From assembly GCA_965112735.1 (NCBI GenBank), contig OZ218962.1, positions 3,038,001-3,102,000 on the forward strand: DNA of 64,000 nucleotides, given 5' to 3'. A program made the position numbers and the translations under genes. Below are positions 1 to 12,516 of this stretch, one piece after another (the stretch's first letter is position 1; each line of letters begins with the position of its first letter). Under the pieces are notes generated by a model. That model did not search any database and had not been told where the DNA came from. It saw only the letters and a program-made list of their open reading frames with translations. This stretch comes from Phaeosaccion multiseriatum. Its lineage: Eukaryota; Protista; Ochrophyta, other classes.

Positions 1-580
1 CTGCTGCTGCATCACCAACTGCTGCTGCTTCTGCTGGTGGTGGGTGTGGGGAGAGTGCCGACGACGGCTCGACGCGCGTGGAGAGGGAGGAATACATTGA
101 GTACCCCTTCGACATTCCTTTCGAGGCTCTTGGGCCTCCTGATGATGCAGCAGTTGATGATACAGCCTCGGCGGGCATCACCTTCATTGGCACGTTTGAC
201 CGCGTTGACGTGCTGCGCAATGTGAAGCAGGGCGGCGGTTACAGTCACATGGGCAGCAGCAGCAGCAGCAGCAGCAGTCGGATGGGAAGCAGCGACAGTG
301 ATGCGGGACAGGTGGTGAGGGAGGGAGGAGGAGGTGATGGACAGACAGGCCCCATTCGGCAGCTGTGGATCACAGATTTTAAGTGCAACGTCGGAGCCAA
401 AGACCCGGCAAAGGTGCGTTATTCGTTATTCCGTTAAAGCAAACCCATGCACGAGAGGACACAAAGCTGAGAATATTGTAGAGCAATCTTCGTCCGTCGT
501 GCGTGCGTGTGGGCGTGCGTGTGTGCGCGTGTGCGCGTGTGTGTGTGAGTGCGGCCTTCCCTTCTCCCATCCGGCACACG

Positions 581-657
<77 letters not shown>

Positions 658-1643
658 TTCATCCCTCTCACCCCTCTCTCACCTACTCGAAACGCCTGTA
701 ACTGTAACCTCCCTCCCCCCTCCCCGACCCATACCCCTCCACCCATACGATTGTACCCCCCGGCCCAGGTGGCTGCCAAGAGCCTGCAGCTGCAGCTCTA
801 CTCCATCGCCGCGCACCACCTCTTCGGCACTCGGCCGTCTCATGTAGTGATTGAGAGTATCGAGGACGGGAGGGTGGGGACTCTCCCACAACACAAGATG
901 AGGGACTTCGAGTCCGTCAAGCAGGTAAGGGGTGTGGGGAGGAGACGGGGAAGGAGGGAGGGAGGGAGGGAGGGAGGAGAGAGGATGGAAGGAAGGAAGG
1001 AAGGAAGGAAGGAAGGAAGGAAGGAAGGAAGGAAGGAAGGAAGGAAGGAAGGGAGGGAGGGAGGAAGGGAGGAAGGGAGAGAGGGTGAGAGGAAGGAAGG
1101 AAGGAAAGAAGGGAGGGAGGAGAGACAGGTGGTGTGGGAGAAACAGAGAGATGGAGGGATAGGAAGGTGGAGGTGGAGGGAGAGGGAGGGAGGGCGCCTC
1201 TGGGGGCCCGAGTGAAGCAGGCGAGAGGCGTATGGGCAGTCGTGTCCTCTGCCCGAGGGGGGGGCATTTCGGCTCCGTGCGCCCGAGGAGCCCCCCCGAG
1301 GAGAGAGAGAGAGAGAGGCCCTCCTGGATGGTACCCGATGCTTTGCAGGCCCGCTCTGCGTGCCTCTCATCTCCGTCCCTCCCTTCCTTCTTCCCTCCCT
1401 CCCTTCCTCCCTTCCTTCCTTCCTTCCTTCCTTCCTTCCTTCCTTCCTTCCTTCCTTCCTTCCTTCCTTCCTTCCTTCTTCCCTCCCTCCCTCCCTCCCT
1501 CCCTCTTCGCTCCTCAGGAGGTGCAGGAGGCGGTGGGGGCCATCCGCAGAGGCGAGTTCGAGCCCCGCCCAGGCTTCTCTTCGTGCACGTTCTGCGGTTT
1601 CAAACACACATGCGCCTTCTCCACGGCCAAGGGCAGTGCTTGA
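1..1643 (+). CDS. 3' part of a spliced PD-(D/E)XK (RecB/AddB/AdnB/Cas4-like) nuclease domain with C-terminal Fe-S cysteines; 5' end outside window
   Basis: Exons <1-413, 769-924, 1518-1643 with GT-AG introns join to give IEYPF...FIGTFDRVD...ITDFK...SLQLQLYSIAA...GEFEPRPGFSSCTFCGFKHTC. These are the E, D and DxK catalytic motifs, QxxxY, and CxxCxxxxxC. Confidence 0.8.
581..654. repeat. (TA)n microsatellite in intron
   Basis: Directly visible, one G interruption. Confidence 0.95.
951..1505. repeat. Intronic inverted repeat: (GGAG)n(GGAA)n block at the 5' end and mirror-ordered (TTCC)n(CTCC)n block at the 3' end of intron 925-1517
   Basis: About 951-1120 is purine-only repeat and about 1375-1505 is its approximate reverse complement with the sub-blocks in matching order. 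Confidence 0.85.
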
Positions 1644-1671
1644 GCAGTGCCTGAGCAGGGCTGTTCATTAA

Positions 1672-1875
1672 ATTGATTGTGGATTGACTGTTGATTGACT
1701 GTGGATTCTTTTTTTTAACTTGACTGTGGATTGACTGTTGATTGACTGCACTCAAGGAGACCAACCTCCCTCCTCTTCACTTCGCTCTTGTAAGCGTGTA
1801 AGTGACTGTCAGCAGTACAGTACTGAGTGAGTGTGCTACGGATGTCAGCAGTACAGTACTGAGTGAGTGTGCTAC
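1672..1875. repeat. Short tandem/direct repeats between two convergent genes
   Basis: ttgactgtggattgactgttgattgactg-like units at 1672-1748; a 33-bp direct repeat tgtcagcagtacagtactgagtgagtgtgctac at about 1807 and 1843. Confidence 0.8.
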
Positions 1876-2123
1876 TGCTGCTTGAGACGGGGAATGCGGT
1901 TAACACTGCTGGAGAGAAAGTAAGGAGTGTATTGTATCGTATTGTATTGAAAATTGATGTACTTACATAGCAAATTGACGTAACTATACTCTAAAATGGA
2001 AGAACAAGAATAACTCTGCGCAAACGCAAAAGAGTAATAAAGTTGTACATGCGACTGCAAATGTCGCTGCTGACATGACAAACACAAAAAAATAAAGTCG
2101 TAAGAGACGGGGTGGTGCGTCGT

Positions 2124-2520
2124 TTAACGCACCACCGCCTCCTCTGGTCCCCGCTCAGTACTGGCAGCTCCGACAGCAGCAGTCTCCGCAGCGCCATCTG
2201 AACCTTGAGCTTCAGAAGCTTGAGCATCAGCAGTGGTGCCTTCCCCTCCGTCTCCTCCTCCCCCTCCTTCGCCGTGACCACACGCCTGCCCGTCGTCCAT
2301 GTGATCCATGTCGTGGAGTATCTCGCTCGTCTCGCTGGACCCAGTCGTGCTGCTGGTGCCGGTGTCGCCCCCTTCGTCACCTCCGTCCTGCTCGTAACCT
2401 CCTCCACTGCCATCGCCATCATTGTCCTCTTCCTCCTCGTCCTCCCCCTCCTCCCCCTGCGGCCTTTGCGCTTTCTGCTCTCCCTCCTGTGCCCCCGCCT
2501 CATGCTGCTGAATCACCAAC

Positions 2521-2568
<48 letters not shown>

Positions 2569-2964
2569 GCCCCGTCCTCGCTGCTGTTGTCGCCCTCACC
2601 CCCCCCAACACTGCCGTTCCCGTCGTTCCCATCGTTACTTCCGCTGCTGCCACTGCCGTCTCCGCCACTCGTGCTCGGCCCTCTGCCGCTGCTGCTCGTC
2701 GAGTCAGGACAGATCGACTCGACTCCTGTACTGGTGCTCAGCTCATCCTTGACGCCGCCCTCCCCCCGCCGCCGAATGCCAAGTAGAGACTGGCGTGTGA
2801 GACTTGCCTCCTCGCCCCATACGCCTTCCGGGGGCTGCGCGGACTTGCCTTGAAAGGCCCCTGCGAAGCGAGCGGCTGAGGAGAAGCCTCCCTCCCCCCC
2901 CCCGCCCGCGGCCTTAGGGATGGAGAAATAGAACTCTGGCTGCTGCTGCTGCTGCTGATGCTCA

Positions 2965-2996
<32 letters not shown>

Positions 2997-5177
2997 CTTT
3001 TGCTGCTTCTGCTGCTGCTGCTGCTGCTGGCGCGTGTCGCTTCGCTTCTTGGACAAAGTGCCCTGCTGCTGTGCTGCCCCGGCGTCGCTCGGCACAGAGA
3101 GGTGCATCGCCGTTACCACGCCCCCCCCTCCAGCCGCCGCTGCGTTAGCGGCCATTGCAGCTGCCCTTCCCTTGCAGTACAGCGGCGCGGCTGCCTTGAG
3201 TGCCCCCTCCACTCCCTCTCCCGCCGCAGCGGCTCTGCTTTTCTTGGACCTGCCGCGCGGTGTCGCAAAGCCAACAAAGCCCACGCCCTTTCCGCCTCTA
3301 CTGCCACTACCACTTCCACTTCCGCTGCCGCTGCCTCCGCTGCCCCCGTTGCCCCCGCTGCCGCTGCCCCCCTCTACCCCTTCGCCGCTGCTGCCCAGAC
3401 TGGAGGAGGAGCCTCTGCTCGCCGTTGTGCCTCCTGTGTCTCGGTCGGTGATGGCAATGGCCCCGCTGCTGCTGCTGCTGCTGCTGATGTTGGAGGCCGT
3501 GGAGCTGGTGGAGCGCATTCTGCCTCGCCCACTCTCGTCCTCAGCAGTTGGTTGCGCTTGCTGCTCATCGGATTTGCGATTGGGCCTGCTTGCTGCGCTC
3601 CTACTGCCGCCACTCCTCCTCCTCCTGCTGCTGTTGCTTCTGCTGCTGTTGCTGACATTGTTGGCAGTGGTGTTGCCGCCGCTGTTGCTGCTGTTGCTGC
3701 TGTTGCTGCTGTTACTGCCCGAGGAGGTCGAGTACCTCTGCTGATGACGGATGACCGCCTCACAGCCCCTCAGGATTTGAATGCCGTTGCCGGGTTGGTA
3801 ATCCGCTTTGTCGAGGATGTCCTTCAGCTGCCCGATGGCCGAGGTCACTGACGCATCGCCTGCTGCTGCTGCCGCCGCTGCCGCTGCCGTTGCCGCTGGT
3901 GGGTGTGGCGCTTGCCAGTCCTCTGTGACATCCATAGCCCCGTTGCTGCCGCTGTTGCTGCCGCTGTTGCTGCTGCTGATGCTGCTGCCACTGCTGCCAC
4001 TGCTGCCACTGATGCTACTGCCCCCTTCCATGTCTCCAATGCTCCTCCCTCCCATCACCCGCGGCCTCTTGAAGTGGCCCATGTCCTCGGGAGACTCGTC
4101 CGTCATCCTGCTGCCTTCGTTACTCGCCCTCCCCCTCCTGCGCCGCCTCCTCCCCCCCTCTTCTCCTCCTCCTCCTCCTCCTCCCCCGACCTTCGGGGCC
4201 TCCGGTGGAGAGACACCTTCTCCCCCGTCTCCTCCGTCTCCTCCTCCCCCTGCTCCCCCTGCTGCTGCTGCCCCGACCTCAGGCGGAGAAATTGCCTCGT
4301 CGGACGACCTTCCCGTCGGGGATGACGAGTTGGACTCGGGCGCAGACTCGGACGCAGAGAGGACGGAGGAGCCGGACGAAGGCACCGCGGCCGCCTTTTC
4401 GAGCTCGCGCTGCCTGGCCTGCTGCCGCCGCTGCAACTCCTGCGTCTGCATAAGCTGCCGCCGCTTCTGCTCGTACTGCTGCCGAAGCTGCTTCTCGCGC
4501 TGCTCCAGCAACTGCTGCTCCTGCCGCAGGCACAGGATTTCCTGCCGGTGTAACCGGTTCAGCTCGACCAACTCGGCCTCACTCTGCTGCTTGTGCTGCT
4601 CGTGCTGCGAGTTACTGTCGCTGACACTGCCACTGCCACTGGCATTCCCACCATTACTGCTACTCCCGCAACTTGTGCTGGCCGTCAAGCACGAGCTGGC
4701 GTTCTCGCCGTCCACCTCGGGCGAAAGAGCCCTGGGGGGTGAACCCCCACTGCTGCTCCCGTTGCTGCTGCTATTGCTCCTGCTGCCCCCCCCGCAACCG
4801 CTGCTGCCCCCCAGGTCGCCGCTGCTACCCCCGCCCCCCTCGCAGCTGAACCAGTCCCCGCCCGCGGCATCGTCAAGGGCTGCGGCGAACTGTTCCTTGG
4901 TGGCAGCAGCCCCACCCGGCCCCGTCCCCGTCTTCAACTCTTCCCCTCCTTGAGGCTCCTCCTCGACCGCCGTGCCAAACCCAGCGCCCGCTGTCCTTCT
5001 CTTCTTCTGCACCTGCTGTCCCTCCTCTGCCTGCTGCGCCTCCTTCGCCAGCATCTCCCCGTGCTGGCGCTGCACGCTTTCCTTATTGTTTTTTTTGCCC
5101 GCCTCTCCGCCGCGCCGCTTCCAGTTCTTGAGCTGCCCCTGCCGCCTCTCTTCTTCTTCAACCTCTCCCCCAGTCAT
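2124..5177 (-). CDS. Intronless 1017-aa low-complexity (G/S/Q/E-rich) hypothetical protein with a coiled-coil segment
   Basis: 3-kb ATG-initiated ORF. Short ordered islands (ELVELNRLHRQEILCLRQEQ; SAIGQLKDILDKADYQPGNGIQILRGCEAVIRHQQRY). No recognisable domain. Confidence 0.55.
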
Positions 5178-5526
5178 GCCTGCAGCTGCTCTCCCTCACT
5201 TTTCCCTATTACATACTCTTGTGGTTTCATGTACTCTCTCTCATCTCTATATAAAACACGTTGCGGCCTGAGGTGGTCTGTGGCATGGTCAGCACCACGT
5301 CGTACAAACGACCTCAAAAATAGAAAAATAGAATCTCTCGATGTTCCTTTCGAGGGTCAATTGAACCTCTCATTATTCAAACCCCCACGACTCTTGGGAA
5401 TGCTGCTGGGAAGGCGAGCGGCCAATTGCCCTCGCTAGAGCGCGCCTAGTGCATGGGGCTGATGTTCTAGGTACTCCGGCCCTCTCTCTCCTCTTATTTT
5501 CGGCCCTGGACAAGGTTATCTGATTA

Positions 5527-5713
5527 CAGCCGGCCTGATTACTGATTATGGCGCCAGCCGGGCCTGATTATTGATTATGGCCGGCGCCAGCCGGGTCTGA
5601 TTACTGATTATGACCGGCACCAGCCGGCCTGAGTACTGATTATGACTGGCGCTAGCCGGCCTGATTACTGATTATTGGCGCCAGCCGGCCTGATTACTGA
5701 TTATGGCCGGCGC
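5527..5713. repeat. Minisatellite, 6 copies of ~28-33 bp cagccggcctgattactgattatgg(ccgg)cgc
   Basis: Head-to-tail units directly visible; no unique spacers. Confidence 0.9.
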
Positions 5714-6276
5714 ACACTGTAACCCTGTCCAGGGCCGATTATTTCTTTCCCTTCTTTTTTCCTCTTCTCCTTGTGGATGGTTCCTACAGGTTCTTTCGTA
5801 CGGAGCCGCCGCCGCACAAGTGCTCTATGTAACCGCCGGGGTGGGAGCAGGCTCTCGCGAAGAGAGATGAGGCCAAGTCGTCTTGCCGCACGACCCCAGG
5901 GCCCCTCCTCATGTGGGCCCTTCATATGGGCCCAGCCAGCCAGGCAGCCGCCGCCTAGACTAACTTGGGACACCTGCTGCTGGCTGTGGCTGCTGGCCGG
6001 ATACACGGAGGGGCCCATCTGGCCCTCCCCTCCCGACGGTGCACAAATCTCCATCGGGAGGCGGGGAGTTGGCTCGCTCGACATACTCTTGGTCCTGGTC
6101 CTGCCTGCCGCTGTGCAGCCGCTGCTGCTTCTGGCCCTCGTCTTTGGCTGCCGCGAAGCACCCGCCTAAAGGGCCCTCGCGGAAGGCGATCCCGTGATTC
6201 CGCCGGAGGGGTCCTTACGTGAGTATGGTTGTTGGTTGTGCATACGTCAGCATATTATATGTCGCTGCTCAGCTGC

Positions 6277-7467
6277 TCAGCCCGTATGCCGCAGGGCGAT
6301 TTGCACGTCGCCTCGCACGTCTATGGAAACGCGAAAATCCTTGTCCAGGTACACATTCTCGAACCAGCCCTTGCCTAGGGGGGGAATGGGCAGCGTCAAG
6401 CCCCCGTACTTGATCTTGGCCCCGGTGAACTGAAAGTCATTGCGGCTGCCCTGCGAGGCCGAGGACGCGGAGATGGAGGACTGCACGGCGAAGGAGCTCT
6501 CCTTCTCGAACAGCAGAACGTTCTCCAGGGAGCCTGCCGGCACGTCGATTGTCTGGTACACCAGCCCCGTCTTGCGTCCGAAGAGGCCGGCCTTGATCAG
6601 GAAGAGCACTTCCTTCTCCGTGGTCCATTGCAAGTCCCACTGCGGTGCGGTGCGGTGCGGTGCGGTGCGGGGGTGGGGTGGGCATATGTAGAGAGGGAGA
6701 GGGGGAGAGAGAAGGAGAGAGAGAGAGAGAGAGGGACGGAGGGTTGGGTGCTGCGCTACGGAAATGCAGCAGCCACATCTTCTCGCCCTCTAATCGGCCC
6801 GCTGAACAGTATCTAATGTAATAATGTAATGCCCTCTGTTCACCCAGATTCATCGGCTCACCTGGGCGCTAAGTAAGGGGCTGCTCGCGGAGTTCGCTGC
6901 AAAGACACAACGCCAAAGGATCAAGCAGCAGCAGCAGCAGTAGCAGAAGAAGAGGCAGTGCAAGGTTCAAGGGAAAGAAAGAAGGGGAAAAGGAAAGCCG
7001 GATGAACAGCAGGGTCTGATAAAAAACGCTTCTAGGACTCACCGCTGCCCAGCCTCTCCTCCCTTCCCACTAACGGTTGGTATGTCCTTCCCTACATACT
7101 GACCAGTGGGGTTCAGGGCCCGCAGCTTCTGGATGAGGCCGTCTATCTCTGCACGTTGTTCGTCAGAGGTCGACACGCCCCTCTGCGTGTCTTGCGCCAG
7201 CTGTAGCAGCTCTTTCTTGATAGCCTTTGCGCCTCCTCCTCCTCCTCCTCCTCCTACTGCACTCTGAAACCATCCTCCTCCTCCCGCAGCCAGAGCGTGG
7301 CTCCGCCGCCCAAATTGCCCCTCATTTCCTGAAGGAGAGAGATTCCTTTTGGCTGCTCCACCTCCCACTCGGGCTGGCGCCACGAATGCAAAAGCAGAGC
7401 CGCAGTAGTAGCAGCATGCCAGAGCAACCACCGCCAACAGGAGTCGCCGCAGCACCTGGTTCGGCAT
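6277..7467 (-). CDS. Plastid-targeted PAP/fibrillin family protein (3 exons)
   Basis: Exons 7467-7104, 6896-6862, 6639-6277 give signal peptide + GSAFAF, KKELLQLAQDTQRGVSTSDEQRAEIDGLIQKLRALNPT-ANSASSPLLSAQ-WDLQWTTEKE...GWFENVYLDKDFRVSIDVRGD, typical of fibrillins. Confidence 0.9.
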
Positions 7468-7652
7468 GGCAGAGCAAGGCGGGAAAGGAGGGGTGGAGAG
7501 CGGTTGTGTGGGCGGTTATGTCAGCGAAACCCAAGGGGGGCTTGCCTTGGCACATGAGCGCCCCCCATTGAAGAACAGACGAACAGCATAAGGAAGAGAG
7601 CAAGAGACAGGCAACTACACGCACATTTTCCACTCCGCATCCTTAGTCCATC
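7468..7652. promoter_or_regulatory. Probable bidirectional promoter between fibrillin and cbbX
   Basis: Only 185 bp separate the two divergent ATGs (7467 and 7653). Confidence 0.55.
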
Positions 7653-10600
7653 ATGAAGACGGCCACTGCAGCAGTTCTGCTCTCGCTTCTCAGCGGCACG
7701 AATGCATTCATGCCCACGGCCGTGCTTCGCGGGAGCGGCTTGCGCAGGAGTGCATTGAGAATGTCTTCTCCCACACCACCGGCGCCACCAGCACCCAGCC
7801 CGCACGGTGGCTTGACGTACGATGAGAACAACCCCTTGTACCAGGACGAGAAGAACAAGGGCAACTACCGCAGGCTGACGGAAGCACTCCAGGTTCGTGT
7901 CGACAGTTGCAAGCAGCGGGCGGGGGGGGGGGTTGGTGGGAAGGGAACCCCCTGGCAGGGGTGCCTGTAACGCGACCGAGAAGAACCAAGAAGCAGAGGG
8001 GTGTGCCTGCAGCGACGAACGGGAGGGGCCACCGGGAGGGGAGGTGTCTGGTCTTGCGCGCAGGAGGGAAGGATATGTTCGAGTTCCCTACAAAGTCCAG
8101 CCTACTTGCCCTTTGTCGCTCTGTCGGACATGACGACGACTGCAGCTCTGCAAACCGGCAATTCTCTTCCCTCTCTCGCTCAGCATGCTGTGCTTGACTG
8201 CCGCTTGCAAGAAATCACTGTTGCGAGAAGCCCCTCTACACCCCCACTGGCAACGCGCTCATACCCGTCTTCTCTTTATACGTCTCCTGCCCAACCAAAT
8301 GCCTCCCGACCTCGCCCCACCTGCAGGACGCAGACATTGAGATGAAGAAGGCGAGGGAGGAGGCCGACAAGAGGGAGCGTGTGATGGAGCGAGCCAGGGA
8401 GGAGCGATTGGAGAAGGTGAGGAAGGAAGCCAGTGGGACATGGCGGGCAGAGCATACAACCCGGAGGGGAGACGGACGCGGCTGAGACGGATGAGTATGG
8501 GAAGCCATAATAACAGCGGTAAATACACGTAGGAACTACATGCCATGCCCGCCCGCTCTCCATGTGAAATGATCTGGGGTATTCGTTGTATGAAGAGAGG
8601 CAGCTTGTACAGAGAAGAACAAACAAACTAAACCAAATCCCCGCCGCTCCCCACTCTCTCACAGGTGGCGCTGCTGGAGTCCATCCCGGACAACCAGCAG
8701 GTCGGCAAGATCGACGACTTCATGTTCAAGGAGGGTGTGCAGGACATCCTATCCAGGCTCGACACCGAGCTCATCGGACTCATTCCCGTCAAGAAGAGGG
8801 TCAACCAGATCGCCGCCCTGCTGGTGAGGAGGGGGCAGTGGGCAGGGGGAGGGAGGGGACTAGGCAGCGGGCAAGAGACAGAAAGAGGGACGGATGGGGG
8901 TGGTTTGATGGTCAATCATGTGAGGCGTGAGACGTTTTGCATTGGCTCCGGCACGGGGGTGCTCGGACGAAGGGTGGAGTAGTCGGCAGGCAAGTCGGCC
9001 TCTCTCTCTGTGTGTGTGTGTCGTACTGGACTTGTGGTCGGCTCCCTTCCTCCCTTACTCATGCCCTCCCCCCCCACCCCAGGTTCTGGACAAGATGCGT
9101 GGAAGCCTCGGCCTCGACACCGCCATCCCCTCCCTCCACATGTGCTTCACTGGAGCACCGGGCACAGGTGAGACTACAGTACGTGGTACTACGTAGATGG
9201 GCAGGAGAAGTGACGAGGAGGGGGGGGCTCTCCTCAATTTGTGAGGGGGAGGAGGAGCAGCAGCAACAGCCCCTTTTCGAAGGCACCGGAGAGAGAGAGG
9301 GGGGAGAGCGACAGGGAGAGAGAAAGTGAGGACGACTGTCGTGTATCCACCAGGACCTACCTCCACCCCAACACTCAAACTCACACTCGACCTCGAACTC
9401 CCCTGCTACCACACCCCTCCCCCCCCCCAGGCAAGACCACGGTGGCCCTCCGCATGGGGCAGATCCTGCAGCGTATGGGGTACTGCAGACAGGGGCACGT
9501 TGTTGTGGCCACCAGGGATGACCTGGTGGGGCAGTACGTTGGGCATACCGCACCCAAGACCAAGGAGATGGTCAAGAAGGTTAGTTGGGATGGCAGTGGA
9601 TGGTGTGGGTGGGGCTGGGCCTGTGTAGTTGGGCGTGGCGTCCTGACCCTTGGCCTGCCTCTCCAAGCTACTCGAGGCCCCTCTTCTTGTCTCTCGCTCT
9701 CCATTCCGAGTAATATATGGAGGCTTCCAGCCATGCCAAGCGGGCCGGTGGCCGGTCAAATTGGTTACTCTTAAATCTGACTTCGTGCGTCGCTCCCCTC
9801 GCCTCCATCCCCCCCCCTCAAAAGGCCTTCGGAGGTATCCTTCTCGTCGATGAGGCGTACTACCTGTACAACGCGGCCAACGACAAGGATTACGGCCAGG
9901 AGTCCATCGAGATCCTCCTCAACGTCATGGAGGAGCAGAAGGAGGACCTTATCGTCACCCTCGCAGGGTACAAGGTGAGTCAGCAAGGAGGGAGGGGGGG
10001 GGGGGGAGCATGGAGTAGGGATGGCAGTGGATGGATGGAGCATTGGAGCGCTCACTTTGCAAGGCTTTGGTGCGATGCTTCGATGATTGCATGTGAGACA
10101 AGGATTTTCCCAGTCCAGTCGCAGCCCGCCCTCTCACCGCCATCCACTGCCTTCCACCCCCCCTTCCTAGGACCGCATGGACAGCTTCTTCAGTTACATC
10201 CCCGGAATGTCCTCCCGAGTCGGAAACCACATTGACTTCCCTAACTACGAAATTCAGGTGAGAGTATGTATTCGGTTTCGATATCGACTTTCAGCGAAGG
10301 GTTCTATGAGTGTGTGGGGAGAGAATGAATGTCCAGATGTCTCTCTCTCTCGCTCTCTGTCTGTCTTGTCAGTGTATGAGTATTGTGTGTCTACTCCCCT
10401 CACACCGTCCACCCGGCCTTCTTCCTCTTTCCTACACTGTGCTCGACATTGGCCCGGACGCCAACCTCGACATTCTTTAGGAGCTTGTCGACATCGCTGG
10501 CGTCATGGCTCATGACCTCGAGTATGTCCTGGACGGCGACGCACCATCGGTGAGTGAGCTCGACGTACAACGTCCAACAGTTGGCGTATACAGAATGAAG

Positions 10601-11456
10601 AAATGTCTTTTCCCCCTTCGCTCGGAGGGCATGGCGCCACACCCAACACATGTGCATACCCACCCACCTACCTTTCCATCTACCAACCCAACCCACCTGC
10701 CTCCCCCTTGATACGAGTTACCGTCGCTTGCGTTGAACTGTTGAACTGGTGCGGGCGTGCTCGTGCATGACGGCCCCCAAGGCCAAAAGGTGCCCATCCT
10801 TCATCCTTGCATCCGACTCACCCTTCCTCCCACCTACCCTCCCCTCTCTCCCTTCTCCTTTCTCTCCCTCCCAACCAACCCCCCCACCAACAGATGTTCC
10901 AGGAGTACATCGAGCTCCGCCTGCAGTTCCCCTTCTTCTCCAACGCGCGTACGGTCCGAAACGCCATGGACCGAGCTCGAATGAACAGCGCCATCCGAGT
11001 GTTCAACAAGGCCGTGGTGGACGGAGAGAACGGCGGGAGGGTTTCCGAGTACGACCTTGCCGCCATCAAGGCAGCGGACTTCAAGGTGCGTTGAGAGTGG
11101 AGAGTGGGGGTGGTTGGGCGTAGTGTGTGGGTGGGTGGGTGGGTTTGGGTGAGAGTGTAATGCGAACGGCAGGGAACATTGTTCGGGCAGCTCTCTCGCC
11201 CCAACGAAAGAGCTCACGCACTGCACTTACGTACTGTACTTACGTACTGTACCGTACCGTTAGTTACACAAGGGGCGTGTTGTACGTGGCGCTCAATCAC
11301 TTCTCGACTGGGCCTAACCCCCCCCCTCTCCTCCTCCTCTCCCCCGCCCACCCATTTTCCTTTATTCAATCTTCCATACTGTTATTACGTAAGGTGCTTG
11401 TGGACGAGCTCAAGGTGCTGCAGGCACAAGGCAACATGGACGCCATCCTCGCTTAG
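7653..11456 (+). CDS. cbbX: Nuclear-encoded, plastid-targeted red-type Rubisco activase CbbX (AAA+), 10 exons
   Basis: Exons 7653-7892, 8327-8416, 8665-8823, 9083-9167, 9431-9579, 9825-9974, 10171-10257, 10481-10549, 10894-11085, 11394-11456. Motifs: [27 protein letters not shown] (Walker A), [29 protein letters not shown] (Walker B), [16 protein letters not shown]-terminal signal peptide + NAFMP. Confidence 0.96.
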
Positions 11457-12414
11457 AAACAAGGCAGATGGACCATAGAGCGCACAGCCAGCGGAGCCAG
11501 TCGCTCGCAAACACGCGCGCACGCACATACACGCATACCCGCCGTGCGCACAACAGCGGAGGCAGTCGCAGTTGGTGATACAGCAGCAGCATCAGCCGGC
11601 GTTTTGCTCTTCCCTTTTTTCTTGGGGCACAAGCCGCGAAACCGTTCCCTCATGGAGATGGGCCCTCAGCGGGGATGGGGGGTCAGTGCACGAGGAGGGA
11701 GGGAGGGAGTGATACCCTCCATGTAAAAAGTAAACGCTCCCAGGGCAGTGAGCGAAGAATGTGTGGTCTGTGGGGGGGTGGAGTGGACACGGAGGGAGAG
11801 GGCAGGAGAGTGAGTGGGCCGACCCCGTCGAGGGGATGCACTGAAGTAAGTCAAGTAAGTGACTGACTCAAGTGACTCAAGGGACTGAGGAGGTGTGCGC
11901 TGGCTCGCCCCTTCCCCCTCCCTTGCGCCGGAGCACCTGCAGGGCCTCAGGGCCTCCGTTTTACTGATCAACTGTTGAGCAAGGGGGAGGGCGTCTTTTC
12001 ATCCATCGACTTGGCTTGAGCTCACAGAACGGCGCTACTAAACCATACGAAGAATAGATAATACTACGTAATAATATTATTATTATTCTACGATCAATAC
12101 AGTACAGTGACTGAGCGACGTGCGTTATACCATTTCCATCCGTGTCTCTCTCCTCCTGTCCTTCTGCCCGCCCCCCTCCCCTTACTGCTGCTGCTGCTGC
12201 TGCTGCTAAAACTGCCGCTTAATACCCTGTCAGCGTTGCTATAGACAGCTGCTCGAAGCTGCCAGCAGGGGCCAGAGCGTCTCAGGAAGTGTAGCCCTCC
12301 GGTCGCAGCCCTCCGGCCGCTTGTTCGACACACACACTCACGGGTCCTTCCTCCCTCCCTGCTGCTACTCCTGCTGCTCTCCCGTGAGTTCACCTCCACA
12401 CAGAGTCGATATAC

Positions 12415-12510
12415 AATATATATATATATAATTTATATATGTATTTTATATATATATATATATTTATAAATATATATATATATATATATATATTAAATAT
12501 ATATATAATA
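12415..12510. repeat. Degenerate (TA)n tract
   Basis: Directly visible; abuts the FNIP 3' remnant. Confidence 0.9.
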
Positions 12511-12516
12511 TTGACT

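Noticed and set aside
2205-4953. Long plus-strand ORFs antisense to the 1017-aa ORF, and similar shadows at 23959-26534
   Set aside because: Poly-L/A/C shadow frames of CAG/CTG-rich coding sequence.
5527-5713. Possible CRISPR array (~30-bp repeats, Cas4-like nuclease nearby)
   Set aside because: Units are head-to-tail without unique spacers, the context is eukaryotic and there are no cas1/cas2 genes.
5701-6222. Short overlapping ORFs downstream of fibrillin
   Set aside because: No recognisable domain or splice structure; length expected by chance in GC-rich DNA.
11225-11260. TACGTA-rich patches in introns (also ~9180, ~50180, ~61620)
   Set aside because: Short, low-complexity and not alignable beyond the hexamer, so significance cannot be supported by eye.
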